Below the pieces are notes generated by a model. It saw only the letters and a program-made list of their open reading frames with translations, did no database searches and had not been told where the DNA came from. From an uncultured virus (IMG/VR IMGVR_UViG_3300032136_000003) (taxonomy: Duplodnaviria > Heunggongvirae > Uroviricota > Caudoviricetes), in IMG/VR virus record IMGVR_UViG_3300032136_000003: a stretch of DNA of 64,000 bases; one strand, 5' to 3'. Below, in pieces: positions 25,050 to 33,698 of this stretch. Position numbers and translations under genes: made by a program. The number at the start of each line of letters is the position of its first letter. Within the stretch, counting starts at the first letter, position 1.

Positions 25050-25916
25050 ATGGGTTATAGAAAAATACCAAACTTATATAGAGATATACGCATCCTTGAT
25101 TTCAAGAAGTGCTTCGCACTTGAAAAGATACATGGGACGAGTGCACACATATCATTCAGGATAGAGAACGACGCTCCACATTTCTTTTCTGGAGGAGAGA
25201 AACACGAGAACTTCGTGGCTCTATTTGATCAAGATAAACTTATGGCCGCGTTCAAAGGTGGGCCTATAATGCATGAATCCGTAACCATATTCGGAGAAGC
25301 ATATGGAGGCAAGCAGCAGGGCATGCGTGAAACATATGGAGACAAACTTAAGTTCATAGCATTTGAGGTCAATGCAGGCGGGGTTTGGCTCCCAGCTGAC
25401 GTCGCTCGCATGGTAGCGGATATGTATGACATAGAGTTTGTTGATTATGAAATCGGGCCCGCTACTATAGAATGGCTAAACGAACAACGTGACCGACCCA
25501 GCGTTCAAGCTGTTAGGAACGGGATTCTTGAGTCGAAGAAACGTGAGGGGATTGTAATACGTCCCTTGTCGGAGTACCTCGATTACAGAGGAAATCGCAT
25601 TATAACAAAGCACAAAGCAGATGACTTCAGGGAAACTAAGACCAGGCGGGAGATAGGGATGAGTCCCGAGAAGTTAAGGGTTCTTAAGGAGGCTAACGCC
25701 ATCGCAGACGAGTGGGTTACCCATATGCGATTGATGCATGTGCTCGATAAAATGCCAGAGAAAGGTGAACTGAAACACATTCCTCTAGTTATAAAGGCTA
25801 TGCAAGAAGACATCGAGTCGGAAAGCAGCGGCGAAATAGAGTGGTCAAAAGAAGCTAACAAAGCGATAGGAAATGCTACTGTAAAGCTTTATAAAAACCA
25901 CATTTCTAAAATCTAG
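25050..25916 (+). CDS. RNA ligase (Rnl2-like)
   Basis: Motif I EKIHGT, III FGEAYG, IIIa FIAFEV, IV REGIVIRP, V KHK. Confidence 0.8.
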   Translation: MGYRKIPNLYRDIRILDFKKCFALEKIHGTSAHISFRIENDAPHFFSGGEKHENFVALFDQDKLMAAFKGGPIMHESVTIFGEAYGGKQQGMRETYGDKLKFIAFEVNAGGVWLPADVARMVADMYDIEFVDYEIGPATIEWLNEQRDRPSVQAVRNGILESKKREGIVIRPLSEYLDYRGNRIITKHKADDFRETKTRREIGMSPEKLRVLKEANAIADEWVTHMRLMHVLDKMPEKGELKHIPLVIKAMQEDIESESSGEIEWSKEANKAIGNATVKLYKNHISKI

Positions 25917-25927
25917 TTAGTGTTGCG

Positions 25928-25977
25928 AGAGTTCTTATGGGTTCTATCCCTGTAAGGACTCTTGTTACTTCTTTTTT
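25928..25977 (+). terminator. intrinsic terminator
   Basis: GAGAGTTCTTATGGG/CCTGTAAGGACTCTT stem, T-run downstream. Confidence 0.6.
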
Positions 25978-26084
25978 CACGTAGCGGTGAAAATATGGGG
26001 ACTGCTCGTAAATTTTTTTCATGTCGTAAGTTGTTGCCCCGTATAAAAATACAGCCGCGAAAATATTCCGCAGGAAAAAAGTTG

Positions 26085-26113
26085 TTGCAATATTTTCATT
26101 TACCTGTTAGCTT
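26085..26113 (+). promoter_or_regulatory. sigma70-like promoter for the DNA polymerase operon
   Basis: TTGCAA-17 nt-TAGCTT with A-tract upstream. Confidence 0.55.
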
Positions 26114-26192
26114 TACGTCGGCTGAGAGAAAGGAGGACAGAGCCGAGAGACAAACAAATCATCACCCACCACCACTAAAGGAGACAATTAAA

Positions 26193-27995
26193 ATGCTGGC
26201 AATAGACTTTGAGACTTACTATGGCGATAAATATTCGCTTACCAAGATGTCCACGTGGGACTACTTACACCACGAGAAATTCGATGCTTACCTAGTATCG
26301 GCTTATAACCACGATGTTAAATGGGCAGGCCACCCTAAAGATATGGACTGGTCATTAACCGACGGCGTTTGGCTATGTGCTCACAACGCTTCGTTCGACG
26401 AGCTCGTTTACAAGAGACTGCAGGAGCTAGGGGTAATACCAGCCTCCATTAAACCAAAAGGATTCAAGTGTACCGCAGACCTCACGGCTTATCTAAGATG
26501 TATGCGTAACTTGAAAGCAGCATCTAAGTACCTGCTAGGCAGGGAGATGTCAAAAGAGATGCGTGATTATATGCAGGGGCGTACTTGGCAGGACATCGTA
26601 GCCGATGGCAAGGAACAAGAAGCCCTTGACTATGTGTGCAGCGACGCCATAAACTGCTTCGACCTTTGGGAAAAATACGGAAGCACGTGGCCTGAAGTTG
26701 AGCAGGAATACAGCCGTATGAATCGTGAGGCTTGCTATCGCGGAGTGCCTATAAATCCAGATATTGATGCAGATATCAGACATTTGGAGACAGAAGCTTG
26801 GAAAGTCGCTAAGCGTATGCCGTGGATTGCAGAGGGAAAGAAGCCTCTCAGCCCCATAGCTATACGTGAACAGGGTCAAAAAGACGGCATACCTGTCCCA
26901 GCAAGTAGGGCTAAGACCAACGAGGATGCCATCAAATGGTATGAAACGTACGGCGAGAGCCATCCATGGGTCAACGCCATAAAAGACCACACGAGCTTAA
27001 ATAACCATCTTAAGAAGGTAATTACGCTACGCGATGGAACGAGGGAAGATGGTACATTCCCCCTGCAAATTAAGTATTTCGGCACGCATACTGGCAGAAC
27101 AGCTGCTGGTTCAACCGATCGTACAGGGGGGAAATTCAACCCGCTGAACTTCACCAGAGAAGCCCTGTTCGGGGTGGATCTGCGCGGAGAAGTCAGGGCT
27201 CCTAAGGATAAGATGATAGCGATACTAGACTATGACCAGATAGAAGCCATTATCCTCCTATGGAAAGTAGGCGACCAGAAGATGCTTGACATGGCTGTGG
27301 AAGAGGGCAACCTATACCAAGCATACGCCAAGCAGAATGGGTGGTACCCACCTAACGGCAAGTCATTGAAAAAAGATGACCCAGTTACCTATGGGAGATC
27401 CAAGGTGTCTGTATTGCAGTTGGGCTACCAGTCAGGCTGGGAAAAGTTTCAGAGCGTAGCTAAGACTAACTACGGCATTATATTCTCGGACGACGAGGCT
27501 CAGGGTCTCGTGACAACGTATCGGCGCAACAACCCTAAGATCGTCAGACACTGGGCATCACATCATATGATCGCCCAACTGTCGTGCAATCACGGTGACC
27601 CTACACATGAGATAGCGTTGCCGAGCGGCCGTGATCTTGTGTACTTCAACCCTAAGTGGCAGACGGTCACGAGGAAGGGAAAGAAGACCCGCGAGATGGT
27701 TATGAGGCCTCGCATGGGTGATAGGCACGAGAAAGTTTACGGGGGTAAGCTTACTGAGAATGAAATTCAGGCAATCGCTAGGGATGTATTGCGTGATGGG
27801 CGTGTCGCTGTGGAAAAAGCAGGGCACAATGTTATGTGGGATGTGTACGACGAGTTAATATGCTTGGTTCCTAAAAAGGATGCTGAAGAACATGCTAAGG
27901 AAATCCAACGGCTCATGGTTTCATCGTCTCCTTGGATTGAAAACTGCCCCCTTGGAGCGGGCTATGATCTATTTGATCGTTATACAAAGGCGTAA
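26193..27995 (+). CDS. family A DNA polymerase with 3'-5' exonuclease
   Basis: AAGGAG SD before MLAIDFET; HNASFD; THTGR; DYDQIE; K..VL.LGY; EN.IQA.ARD; VYDE. Confidence 0.9.
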   Translation: MLAIDFETYYGDKYSLTKMSTWDYLHHEKFDAYLVSAYNHDVKWAGHPKDMDWSLTDGVWLCAHNASFDELVYKRLQELGVIPASIKPKGFKCTADLTAYLRCMRNLKAASKYLLGREMSKEMRDYMQGRTWQDIVADGKEQEALDYVCSDAINCFDLWEKYGSTWPEVEQEYSRMNREACYRGVPINPDIDADIRHLETEAWKVAKRMPWIAEGKKPLSPIAIREQGQKDGIPVPASRAKTNEDAIKWYETYGESHPWVNAIKDHTSLNNHLKKVITLRDGTREDGTFPLQIKYFGTHTGRTAAGSTDRTGGKFNPLNFTREALFGVDLRGEVRAPKDKMIAILDYDQIEAIILLWKVGDQKMLDMAVEEGNLYQAYAKQNGWYPPNGKSLKKDDPVTYGRSKVSVLQLGYQSGWEKFQSVAKTNYGIIFSDDEAQGLVTTYRRNNPKIVRHWASHHMIAQLSCNHGDPTHEIALPSGRDLVYFNPKWQTVTRKGKKTREMVMRPRMGDRHEKVYGGKLTENEIQAIARDVLRDGRVAVEKAGHNVMWDVYDELICLVPKKDAEEHAKEIQRLMVSSSPWIENCPLGAGYDLFDRYTKA

Positions 27996-27997
27996 TT

Positions 27998-30190
27998 ATG
28001 TTTTTTTCTATAGAAAATTTACGAGCTAACATCGCTGAACCATTGGAGAAGCCGTGGGAATTCAAACCTACCATGCCTCCTCCATACGATGAAGGTAAGG
28101 AAGCAATGTCTCGGTGGGAGATAGATACAGGTACTCAGCATGCCTTCGTATCGGGGTTCGAGGGCTTGTCTCCTGATGTCAGGGTGACGTCAGGGGACAA
28201 CCCTCCCTTTAAGATGCACTGTCTTATTGTGGACTACGATGCAAAACTACCGGACAACCCAGCCAAGTATGTAGTGGAAAAAGCCCCGTGCGATTTCCGC
28301 CCTACGTATCTGGTGGAGACAGGAAGCGGAAACGCCCGATTGATATGGGAGTTTGAGAAGCCGTTCCTTTACACTGGCGAAGCGCACATGAAGGAATTCA
28401 TGAAGTTGCTGAGCAAGAAGCTAAAGCTGAGCAGTTGGCTTCCTGGAATGGATACCAAAGCATATAGAGCGCCACATCAGTATTATGAAATTGGGAAGAG
28501 CTGGGTTAAGTTAGACAAGGGAGCCCCTCTGAAATCTTCTATGCTGGAACTGTGGCTTATCAAATCAGCGTCGAAGATATCGTTCACCGACAAAGAGGGT
28601 CTCTCCTACAAAATTCCTATTGAGGATATAGCGAAGGAAGTTGATTTGAGATACCCCGGGCGTTGGACGGGTATGTTTGCGTTGGGTGCGAGGGGTCTCC
28701 GATTCTGGGATCCATCAGCCGACAACGTTACAGCGTCTGTAGTTACAGAAGAGGGGATGCTTTGCTTCACCGGACCCAAACCATTTATGTCTTGGAAAGA
28801 TATATTTGGTCAGGCGTTCGTTGAAGACTACGAAGCCGATTATATATCCGGTGTCATAAACAAGTCTGCATACGACGGCAATGCCTTTTGGATAGAGGAG
28901 ACTGACGAGGGAACTTGGATAGACTTTAGCAAGGAAGATTTTGCTCAAGACCTGCGATGCAAGGGTTACAGCGGGAAGCGTACGGGATCTCAAACAGCAT
29001 CTGAGATCGATAGGATAGAGAACACTATTAAGAAAACAAGGCGAGTCGATAAGGCTTTGCCGTTCTTATTTTTTCCAAAAGGAAGAATAAGATATGAAGG
29101 GAAACATTACTTGAATACAGCGACTACAGAAGTTACGAAGCCAGCACCTCCGTGTACGGCGAGCAAGATGACATTCTTAGATGGGCGGAAACATTTTCCA
29201 TTCATCTATAAATTATTGAGAACAATGTTCTCGGAACAAGAGAACGATGAGACGGGTACCGAGCAACTAACCGCTCTGTTGGCCTGGCTTAAGTTCTTCT
29301 ACTGCAACTCCTTAGAGAACACACCGAGGCCCGGGCATACTATTGTTTTGGCTGGTGTAGCTGGTAAAGGAAAGACGTTGTTTAGTAAACGCATCATCGG
29401 CGGACTGATGGGTGGGGCGGCAGATGCGTCTTCTCATTTGGTTGATGGCGACCGTTGGACAGAACGTCTGGTCGACAGTCCTGTAATGAGGATCGATGAC
29501 TCGCTTGCCAACTCAGACCACAAGAGTCAGATGCAGTTCTCTGCCAGGCTTAAGAAGTACACAGCTAACTCAGAAATGATATACGATCAGAAGTATAGAA
29601 AAGCAGCAGCTACTCCGTGGTTCGGCCGTATCGTCATAACGTGTAACCTTGACTCGGAAAGTCTCAGGATTCTTCCTGACATGGACATCAGTTCAAAGGA
29701 CAAGATCAGCTTGTTCCGCACGTCCGACAACGTAATGAACTTCCCAGACTGGGGAACTATTACCAAGACGTTGAACAAGGAACTGCCTAACTTCGCACGC
29801 TTCCTGATTGACTGGGATATACCCGAAGAGTGGGTCGCTCACGAGGCACGTTTCGGTGTGAAAGCGTACCACCATCCAGAACTGTTCGAGGAATCGAGAC
29901 AGCAAGGTCAGGGAACTCTGTTGGAGTTGTTGCATGGATTCCTACAAGAATACAAAGAAGCCAACCCAGAAAAGGAACGTTGGTCTGGTAACGCGACTGC
30001 ATTACACGCAGACTTATCCGCATACAACCCAGAAGTTACTAAGGAGTTCCAGAACAAGGCTTTGTCTATGCAGCTCGGTAGGTTGAGCAAGAATGGATAC
30101 CGGCTGAAGAAGCGCAAAGAACGCTTGACAGGCATAAACATCTGGGAAATAGAGTATGACATCACTAACTTGGGAGGCAGCTATGAGTGA
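27998..30190 (+). CDS. primase-helicase (primase-polymerase-like N-terminus, P-loop helicase C-terminus)
   Basis: IVDYDA and ETGSGNAR at N-terminus; GVAGKGKT Walker A, RIDD, ITCN. Confidence 0.75.
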   Translation: MFFSIENLRANIAEPLEKPWEFKPTMPPPYDEGKEAMSRWEIDTGTQHAFVSGFEGLSPDVRVTSGDNPPFKMHCLIVDYDAKLPDNPAKYVVEKAPCDFRPTYLVETGSGNARLIWEFEKPFLYTGEAHMKEFMKLLSKKLKLSSWLPGMDTKAYRAPHQYYEIGKSWVKLDKGAPLKSSMLELWLIKSASKISFTDKEGLSYKIPIEDIAKEVDLRYPGRWTGMFALGARGLRFWDPSADNVTASVVTEEGMLCFTGPKPFMSWKDIFGQAFVEDYEADYISGVINKSAYDGNAFWIEETDEGTWIDFSKEDFAQDLRCKGYSGKRTGSQTASEIDRIENTIKKTRRVDKALPFLFFPKGRIRYEGKHYLNTATTEVTKPAPPCTASKMTFLDGRKHFPFIYKLLRTMFSEQENDETGTEQLTALLAWLKFFYCNSLENTPRPGHTIVLAGVAGKGKTLFSKRIIGGLMGGAADASSHLVDGDRWTERLVDSPVMRIDDSLANSDHKSQMQFSARLKKYTANSEMIYDQKYRKAAATPWFGRIVITCNLDSESLRILPDMDISSKDKISLFRTSDNVMNFPDWGTITKTLNKELPNFARFLIDWDIPEEWVAHEARFGVKAYHHPELFEESRQQGQGTLLELLHGFLQEYKEANPEKERWSGNATALHADLSAYNPEVTKEFQNKALSMQLGRLSKNGYRLKKRKERLTGINIWEIEYDITNLGGSYE

Positions 30191-30524
30191 ACCGGAAAAA
30201 ATGCACAGAGACTTCTGCCCACGATGCGCCATTAAGCATCTAGGCAAAGCGAGTATATTATTGAAGGAAGCCAAACTGGGGTATCCGCACCATGTGTGGT
30301 ACGCCATGGCTAACATGAGTGAGGCCGAGGACGAGATAGTTGATATGATGCCAGCAGAAGCCGAGGCCATTCGTGAGGCCCGACTCAATGTTCAAACCTC
30401 GCTGACAGACGGGACTCGTTTCATACCAGACTTCGATTCTCTTATGACCATGGTTGCGGAAGGTGGTCTGCTGGAAGAGGTTATGGATACTCAGACGGAA
30501 CTGGATTTCTCCGGAGGCAAGTAA
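30183..30524 (+). CDS. hypothetical protein
   Basis: GGAGG SD; CPRC..KHL..A. Confidence 0.6.
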   Translation: MSEPEKMHRDFCPRCAIKHLGKASILLKEAKLGYPHHVWYAMANMSEAEDEIVDMMPAEAEAIREARLNVQTSLTDGTRFIPDFDSLMTMVAEGGLLEEVMDTQTELDFSGGK

Positions 30525-30742
30525 TGAAATTATTCTTAGCGTATGTATTGTTAATCATGTCCCCATTTTTATTGGTGGGGATGAGGGTGGCCGAAGAAGA
30601 CATGATCCACGTTCCAAGTTCCCCGACCCTTGAAGAGACGGTTCGGGAGCTGGGGAAACAAGGGATCATATGTAAGGTGTACGGGCACCATTGGAACAAA
30701 GATGTTTGCAAGGTATGTAACTTTGAGAGGGCAGAAAGATGA
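30524..30742 (+). CDS. small membrane-anchored protein with C/H zinc motif
   Basis: Hydrophobic N-terminus; CKVYGH.W...CKVC. Confidence 0.55.
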   Translation: MKLFLAYVLLIMSPFLLVGMRVAEEDMIHVPSSPTLEETVRELGKQGIICKVYGHHWNKDVCKVCNFERAER

Positions 30743-30972
30743 TTAAAATAACGATGGATTGTGAAACGCAGGTTGAGGCTAGGGCTGTTTTAGAAGCGCT
30801 GCAGCTACGTAGGTTCTTGATGGGCGTAATAGAACAAGACTTGTTAGATGCGGCGACTCGAGGCTCTCAGTTTAGACACCCAGGTGCCGCCCTAGAATCC
30901 ACAATCGGTTGCCGGGATAAATGGGAAGAGCGCCTTGCCGACGCTGGCATAACATGCATAAGGGGGCGGTGA
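30739..30972 (+). CDS. hypothetical protein
   Basis: ATGA overlap. Confidence 0.55.
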   Translation: MIKITMDCETQVEARAVLEALQLRRFLMGVIEQDLLDAATRGSQFRHPGAALESTIGCRDKWEERLADAGITCIRGR

Positions 30973-31265
30973 TGGGTATACGATCTTTATTTACACCCAA
31001 AGGAACTATAGTTGCGGCGCTCAGGCGCATGTGGCTCAGGAGCCGGGAGCGTGCGAAGGCGCTCAAGGACGCAGGATATTGCTGTGCTAAGTGTGGCGTG
31101 AAACAGAGTAAGGCCAAAGGTAAAGAAGTCGCCGTACATGTTCACCATAAAAGCGGCATAGTTAATTGGGATAAGATGGTGTCCGAGATACGCGAGCACC
31201 TACTCAACCCAGACGACCTCGAAGTATTGTGTAAGGAATGTCACAAAAAGGAGCATCAAGTATGA
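30972..31265 (+). CDS. HNH endonuclease
   Basis: CAKCG...VHVHH...LEVLCKECHKKEH. Confidence 0.8.
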   Translation: MGIRSLFTPKGTIVAALRRMWLRSRERAKALKDAGYCCAKCGVKQSKAKGKEVAVHVHHKSGIVNWDKMVSEIREHLLNPDDLEVLCKECHKKEHQV

Positions 31266-31531
31266 AATACTCAGAGTTGAAACTAGGCGACTTAGTAGAA
31301 ATCGAGTGGTTAGATGCCGCTGGTTTTGTAAACGAGCCTCTGTCCAGAGTCAAGATTGCAAAGGCGAGGAACATAGGATATGTCGCTAAGCTGGAGAAAC
31401 AGTTTATAGCCCTAACCACGGGGATATATCTTGACGATGGAAGTGATCCGATGGTTGACGCCACTACAATCCCGCGCGGTTGGTTCGAGTCAATCAAATT
31501 ATTAAAGCGGGCTAGGAAGAAAAAAATATGA
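31262..31531 (+). CDS. conserved phage protein (VEIEWLDA...IPRGW)
   Basis: AAGGAG SD, ATGA overlap. Confidence 0.6.
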   Translation: MKYSELKLGDLVEIEWLDAAGFVNEPLSRVKIAKARNIGYVAKLEKQFIALTTGIYLDDGSDPMVDATTIPRGWFESIKLLKRARKKKI

Positions 31532-32115
31532 TAACCAGAATATTATTAGACATGGATGGAGTGATAGCTAACTTTTTCGCCGCATCTTTAGCCGCCCATT
31601 CAGCTGCGGTAGTGAAGAAGTACGGGATCAAATTCCAGTTTGAGATAGACGCGACTTTTCCGCGAGGCGATTGGGACATACCTAAACTGCTCGGGATAAC
31701 GGCAAAAGACTTCTGGGATCCTATAGACAACTATGACTTCTGGATCAACGTGCCAGCTTTCGACGGGGCTCGCGCCTTTGTCGAGGAGTTACAGACCGTC
31801 GCACCAGTAACCATATGCACCAGCGCTTCGTGGTCCTCTGACTGCGCCAAGGCTAAGATAGAGTGGATAGAAAACCACATCGGACGCAAGATACCTGCAT
31901 TTGTGTGCCATCACGGAGCAAAGAAAAGTCTGTTGGCGAACCCTGAACACTTGTTGATAGACGATTACATTAAGAATATACATGAGTTCAGAAATGCTGG
32001 GGGCGCGGTGCACCATGTCCTCGGCCCGTGGAACGATAGCGCGCCGGAGACTGCCTCTTTTTTTGCGGTGGACTACGCCAGTATATTATCAGCAGTAAAA
32101 GATATGTGTAAGTAA
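31528..32115 (+). CDS. HAD-family 5'(3')-nucleotidase
   Basis: LLDMDGV, ICTS, K..W, LIDD..KN. Confidence 0.85.
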   Translation: MITRILLDMDGVIANFFAASLAAHSAAVVKKYGIKFQFEIDATFPRGDWDIPKLLGITAKDFWDPIDNYDFWINVPAFDGARAFVEELQTVAPVTICTSASWSSDCAKAKIEWIENHIGRKIPAFVCHHGAKKSLLANPEHLLIDDYIKNIHEFRNAGGAVHHVLGPWNDSAPETASFFAVDYASILSAVKDMCK

Positions 32116-32127
32116 GGAGACACTATT

Positions 32128-32958
32128 ATGGAAATGAAAGACAGTGGAAAGAGACAGAGCTTCGGTGACGGAGCTGCAGTTAGAGATTCATCAGAGGGTA
32201 AACCACAGATGCATTTGCTAAGCCCTTGGGTTTGGATGCACCTCCCGTACGGGCGTCATATAGGAGCGTTCCTGCTTGATAGGAACGGGAGTCACCTGCA
32301 CGACGCGTTCACGGAGATGTTGCAGAAGTATGGTTGGGACAGACTTTGCGTCTGGCTGGAGCTGGGCGCAGCTAAGTACTCCGAATTCAACTGGGCGAAG
32401 GGCATGCCCGTTTCAAGATGTATTGATTCCTTGGGTAGGCACTTGGTCAAGCTGGCTGCTGGAGAGGAAGACGAGGACCACGCTGCTGCTGCCATGTGTA
32501 ACATCATGTTCATCATTCATTACCTCAGTGCAGTCAACTTGGAAATGCTCGATGAGAGTTTCGAAGATACGTTTGACTTTGATATATTGAAACGTGAGCC
32601 GGAGGATGTTGAACCTGATCGAGATAGGGAAGCCTGCAGAAGCGCTGATCTGGAACCTATTAATGAGTTTATATCAGAGATGGCTGATATGTCCAGCAGT
32701 TACTTCAGCAAGCTGAGTGATAGGCAACTGGCAGCCCAGCATAAGGCAGACGAAGCGATGCTACGGCCTCCCGTGCTTCATCCAAGGGAGCCTCGAAGTA
32801 CGCAGGATGAGAAACGACAAGCCAAATTTTTCGGGCTACACCCGGAACTCAAGAAGGTCTTGGATAATCGAAAATATAATTCTACGAAAACACCCCCACC
32901 CGTTCACATGCCGGGGGGACGCCATACAACTTTGCCCGCGGGAGTAGTTCCTGAATAA
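32128..32958 (+). CDS. dATP/dGTP diphosphohydrolase domain protein (DUF5664-like) with C-terminal extension
   Basis: GAAKY..NW.KG......SL.RHL....GE.DEDH.AA..CN. Confidence 0.75.
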   Translation: MEMKDSGKRQSFGDGAAVRDSSEGKPQMHLLSPWVWMHLPYGRHIGAFLLDRNGSHLHDAFTEMLQKYGWDRLCVWLELGAAKYSEFNWAKGMPVSRCIDSLGRHLVKLAAGEEDEDHAAAAMCNIMFIIHYLSAVNLEMLDESFEDTFDFDILKREPEDVEPDRDREACRSADLEPINEFISEMADMSSSYFSKLSDRQLAAQHKADEAMLRPPVLHPREPRSTQDEKRQAKFFGLHPELKKVLDNRKYNSTKTPPPVHMPGGRHTTLPAGVVPE

Positions 32959-32984
32959 CGGCCCCACATATTAGTACAAATTTA

Positions 32985-33013
32985 TTGACAAAGACATCAT
33001 ATAATAGTATGGT
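32985..33013 (+). promoter_or_regulatory. sigma70-like promoter, probably giving a leaderless mRNA
   Basis: TTGACA-17 nt-TATGGT; ATG at 33020 is 7 nt downstream; no SD. Confidence 0.6.
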
Positions 33014-33019
33014 TTTATT

Positions 33020-33589
33020 ATGACTGAAGAACTTGTAAAGGGATCTGAATACACCACAGTAGATAGTTACGACCCGAAGGTTAAAGCAAAAGCTTATGAG
33101 TTGTTCCTAACTACAGACCTCAGCATGACCGACATAGCCATCGACCTGGGCATATCAAGCAAGGTGGTGGCTTCTTGGTCGCGTCAAGGTAAGTGGATGA
33201 ACCGTAAGAAGGAAGTCGAGATGGAGCTGTTCAAATCGGCCGAGTCTGACTACCGCGCTTTGGTCGTACAGAACAGAGTCCCAGTCGTCAAGAGACACCT
33301 CCGCATATCAGAGAAGGTGGAGGAGTCTATCGAGCGTGTGTTGGATGAGATCCTCAAGGACGAAGGTATACCCAACGACATGAAAGTCAAGCGTATGGCC
33401 GAGGCACTATCAGTTGTGTCTGCTGTGTCGGCCAGAGCCGCCGGAGTAACTGACCGCCCATTCTCAGATAATCTAGATGAAGACGGAAATAAGAAGGTGC
33501 CTCTCATCATGGTCAACGTGCAAGCGTCCGCTCCTCCCGGAGTAAAGATGGGTGAAGTGAAAGCCAAAGTTATAGACGTTAACCCCTAA
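33020..33589 (+). CDS. HTH protein, probable terminase small subunit
   Basis: SMTDIAIDLGISSKVVASW...W HTH followed by helical oligomerisation-like region. Confidence 0.55.
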   Translation: MTEELVKGSEYTTVDSYDPKVKAKAYELFLTTDLSMTDIAIDLGISSKVVASWSRQGKWMNRKKEVEMELFKSAESDYRALVVQNRVPVVKRHLRISEKVEESIERVLDEILKDEGIPNDMKVKRMAEALSVVSAVSARAAGVTDRPFSDNLDEDGNKKVPLIMVNVQASAPPGVKMGEVKAKVIDVNP

Positions 33590-33698
33590 AATAAAGCCCT
33601 CTGTATTGCAATCCTCAGATTTAATGTGGTAATAGGTACGGAATAGTGGCAACCAGAAGCCTTTATTACCACTATTAAAAGCGCTGTTACCACTATTA

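Noticed and set aside
25962..26192. 77-aa N-terminal extension of the DNA polymerase
   Set aside because: Spans terminator and promoter sequence; the SD-supported start is 26193
33606..33636. Antisense sigma70 promoter into the giant gene
   Set aside because: TTGCAA is present but there is no good -10 at 16-18 nt spacing
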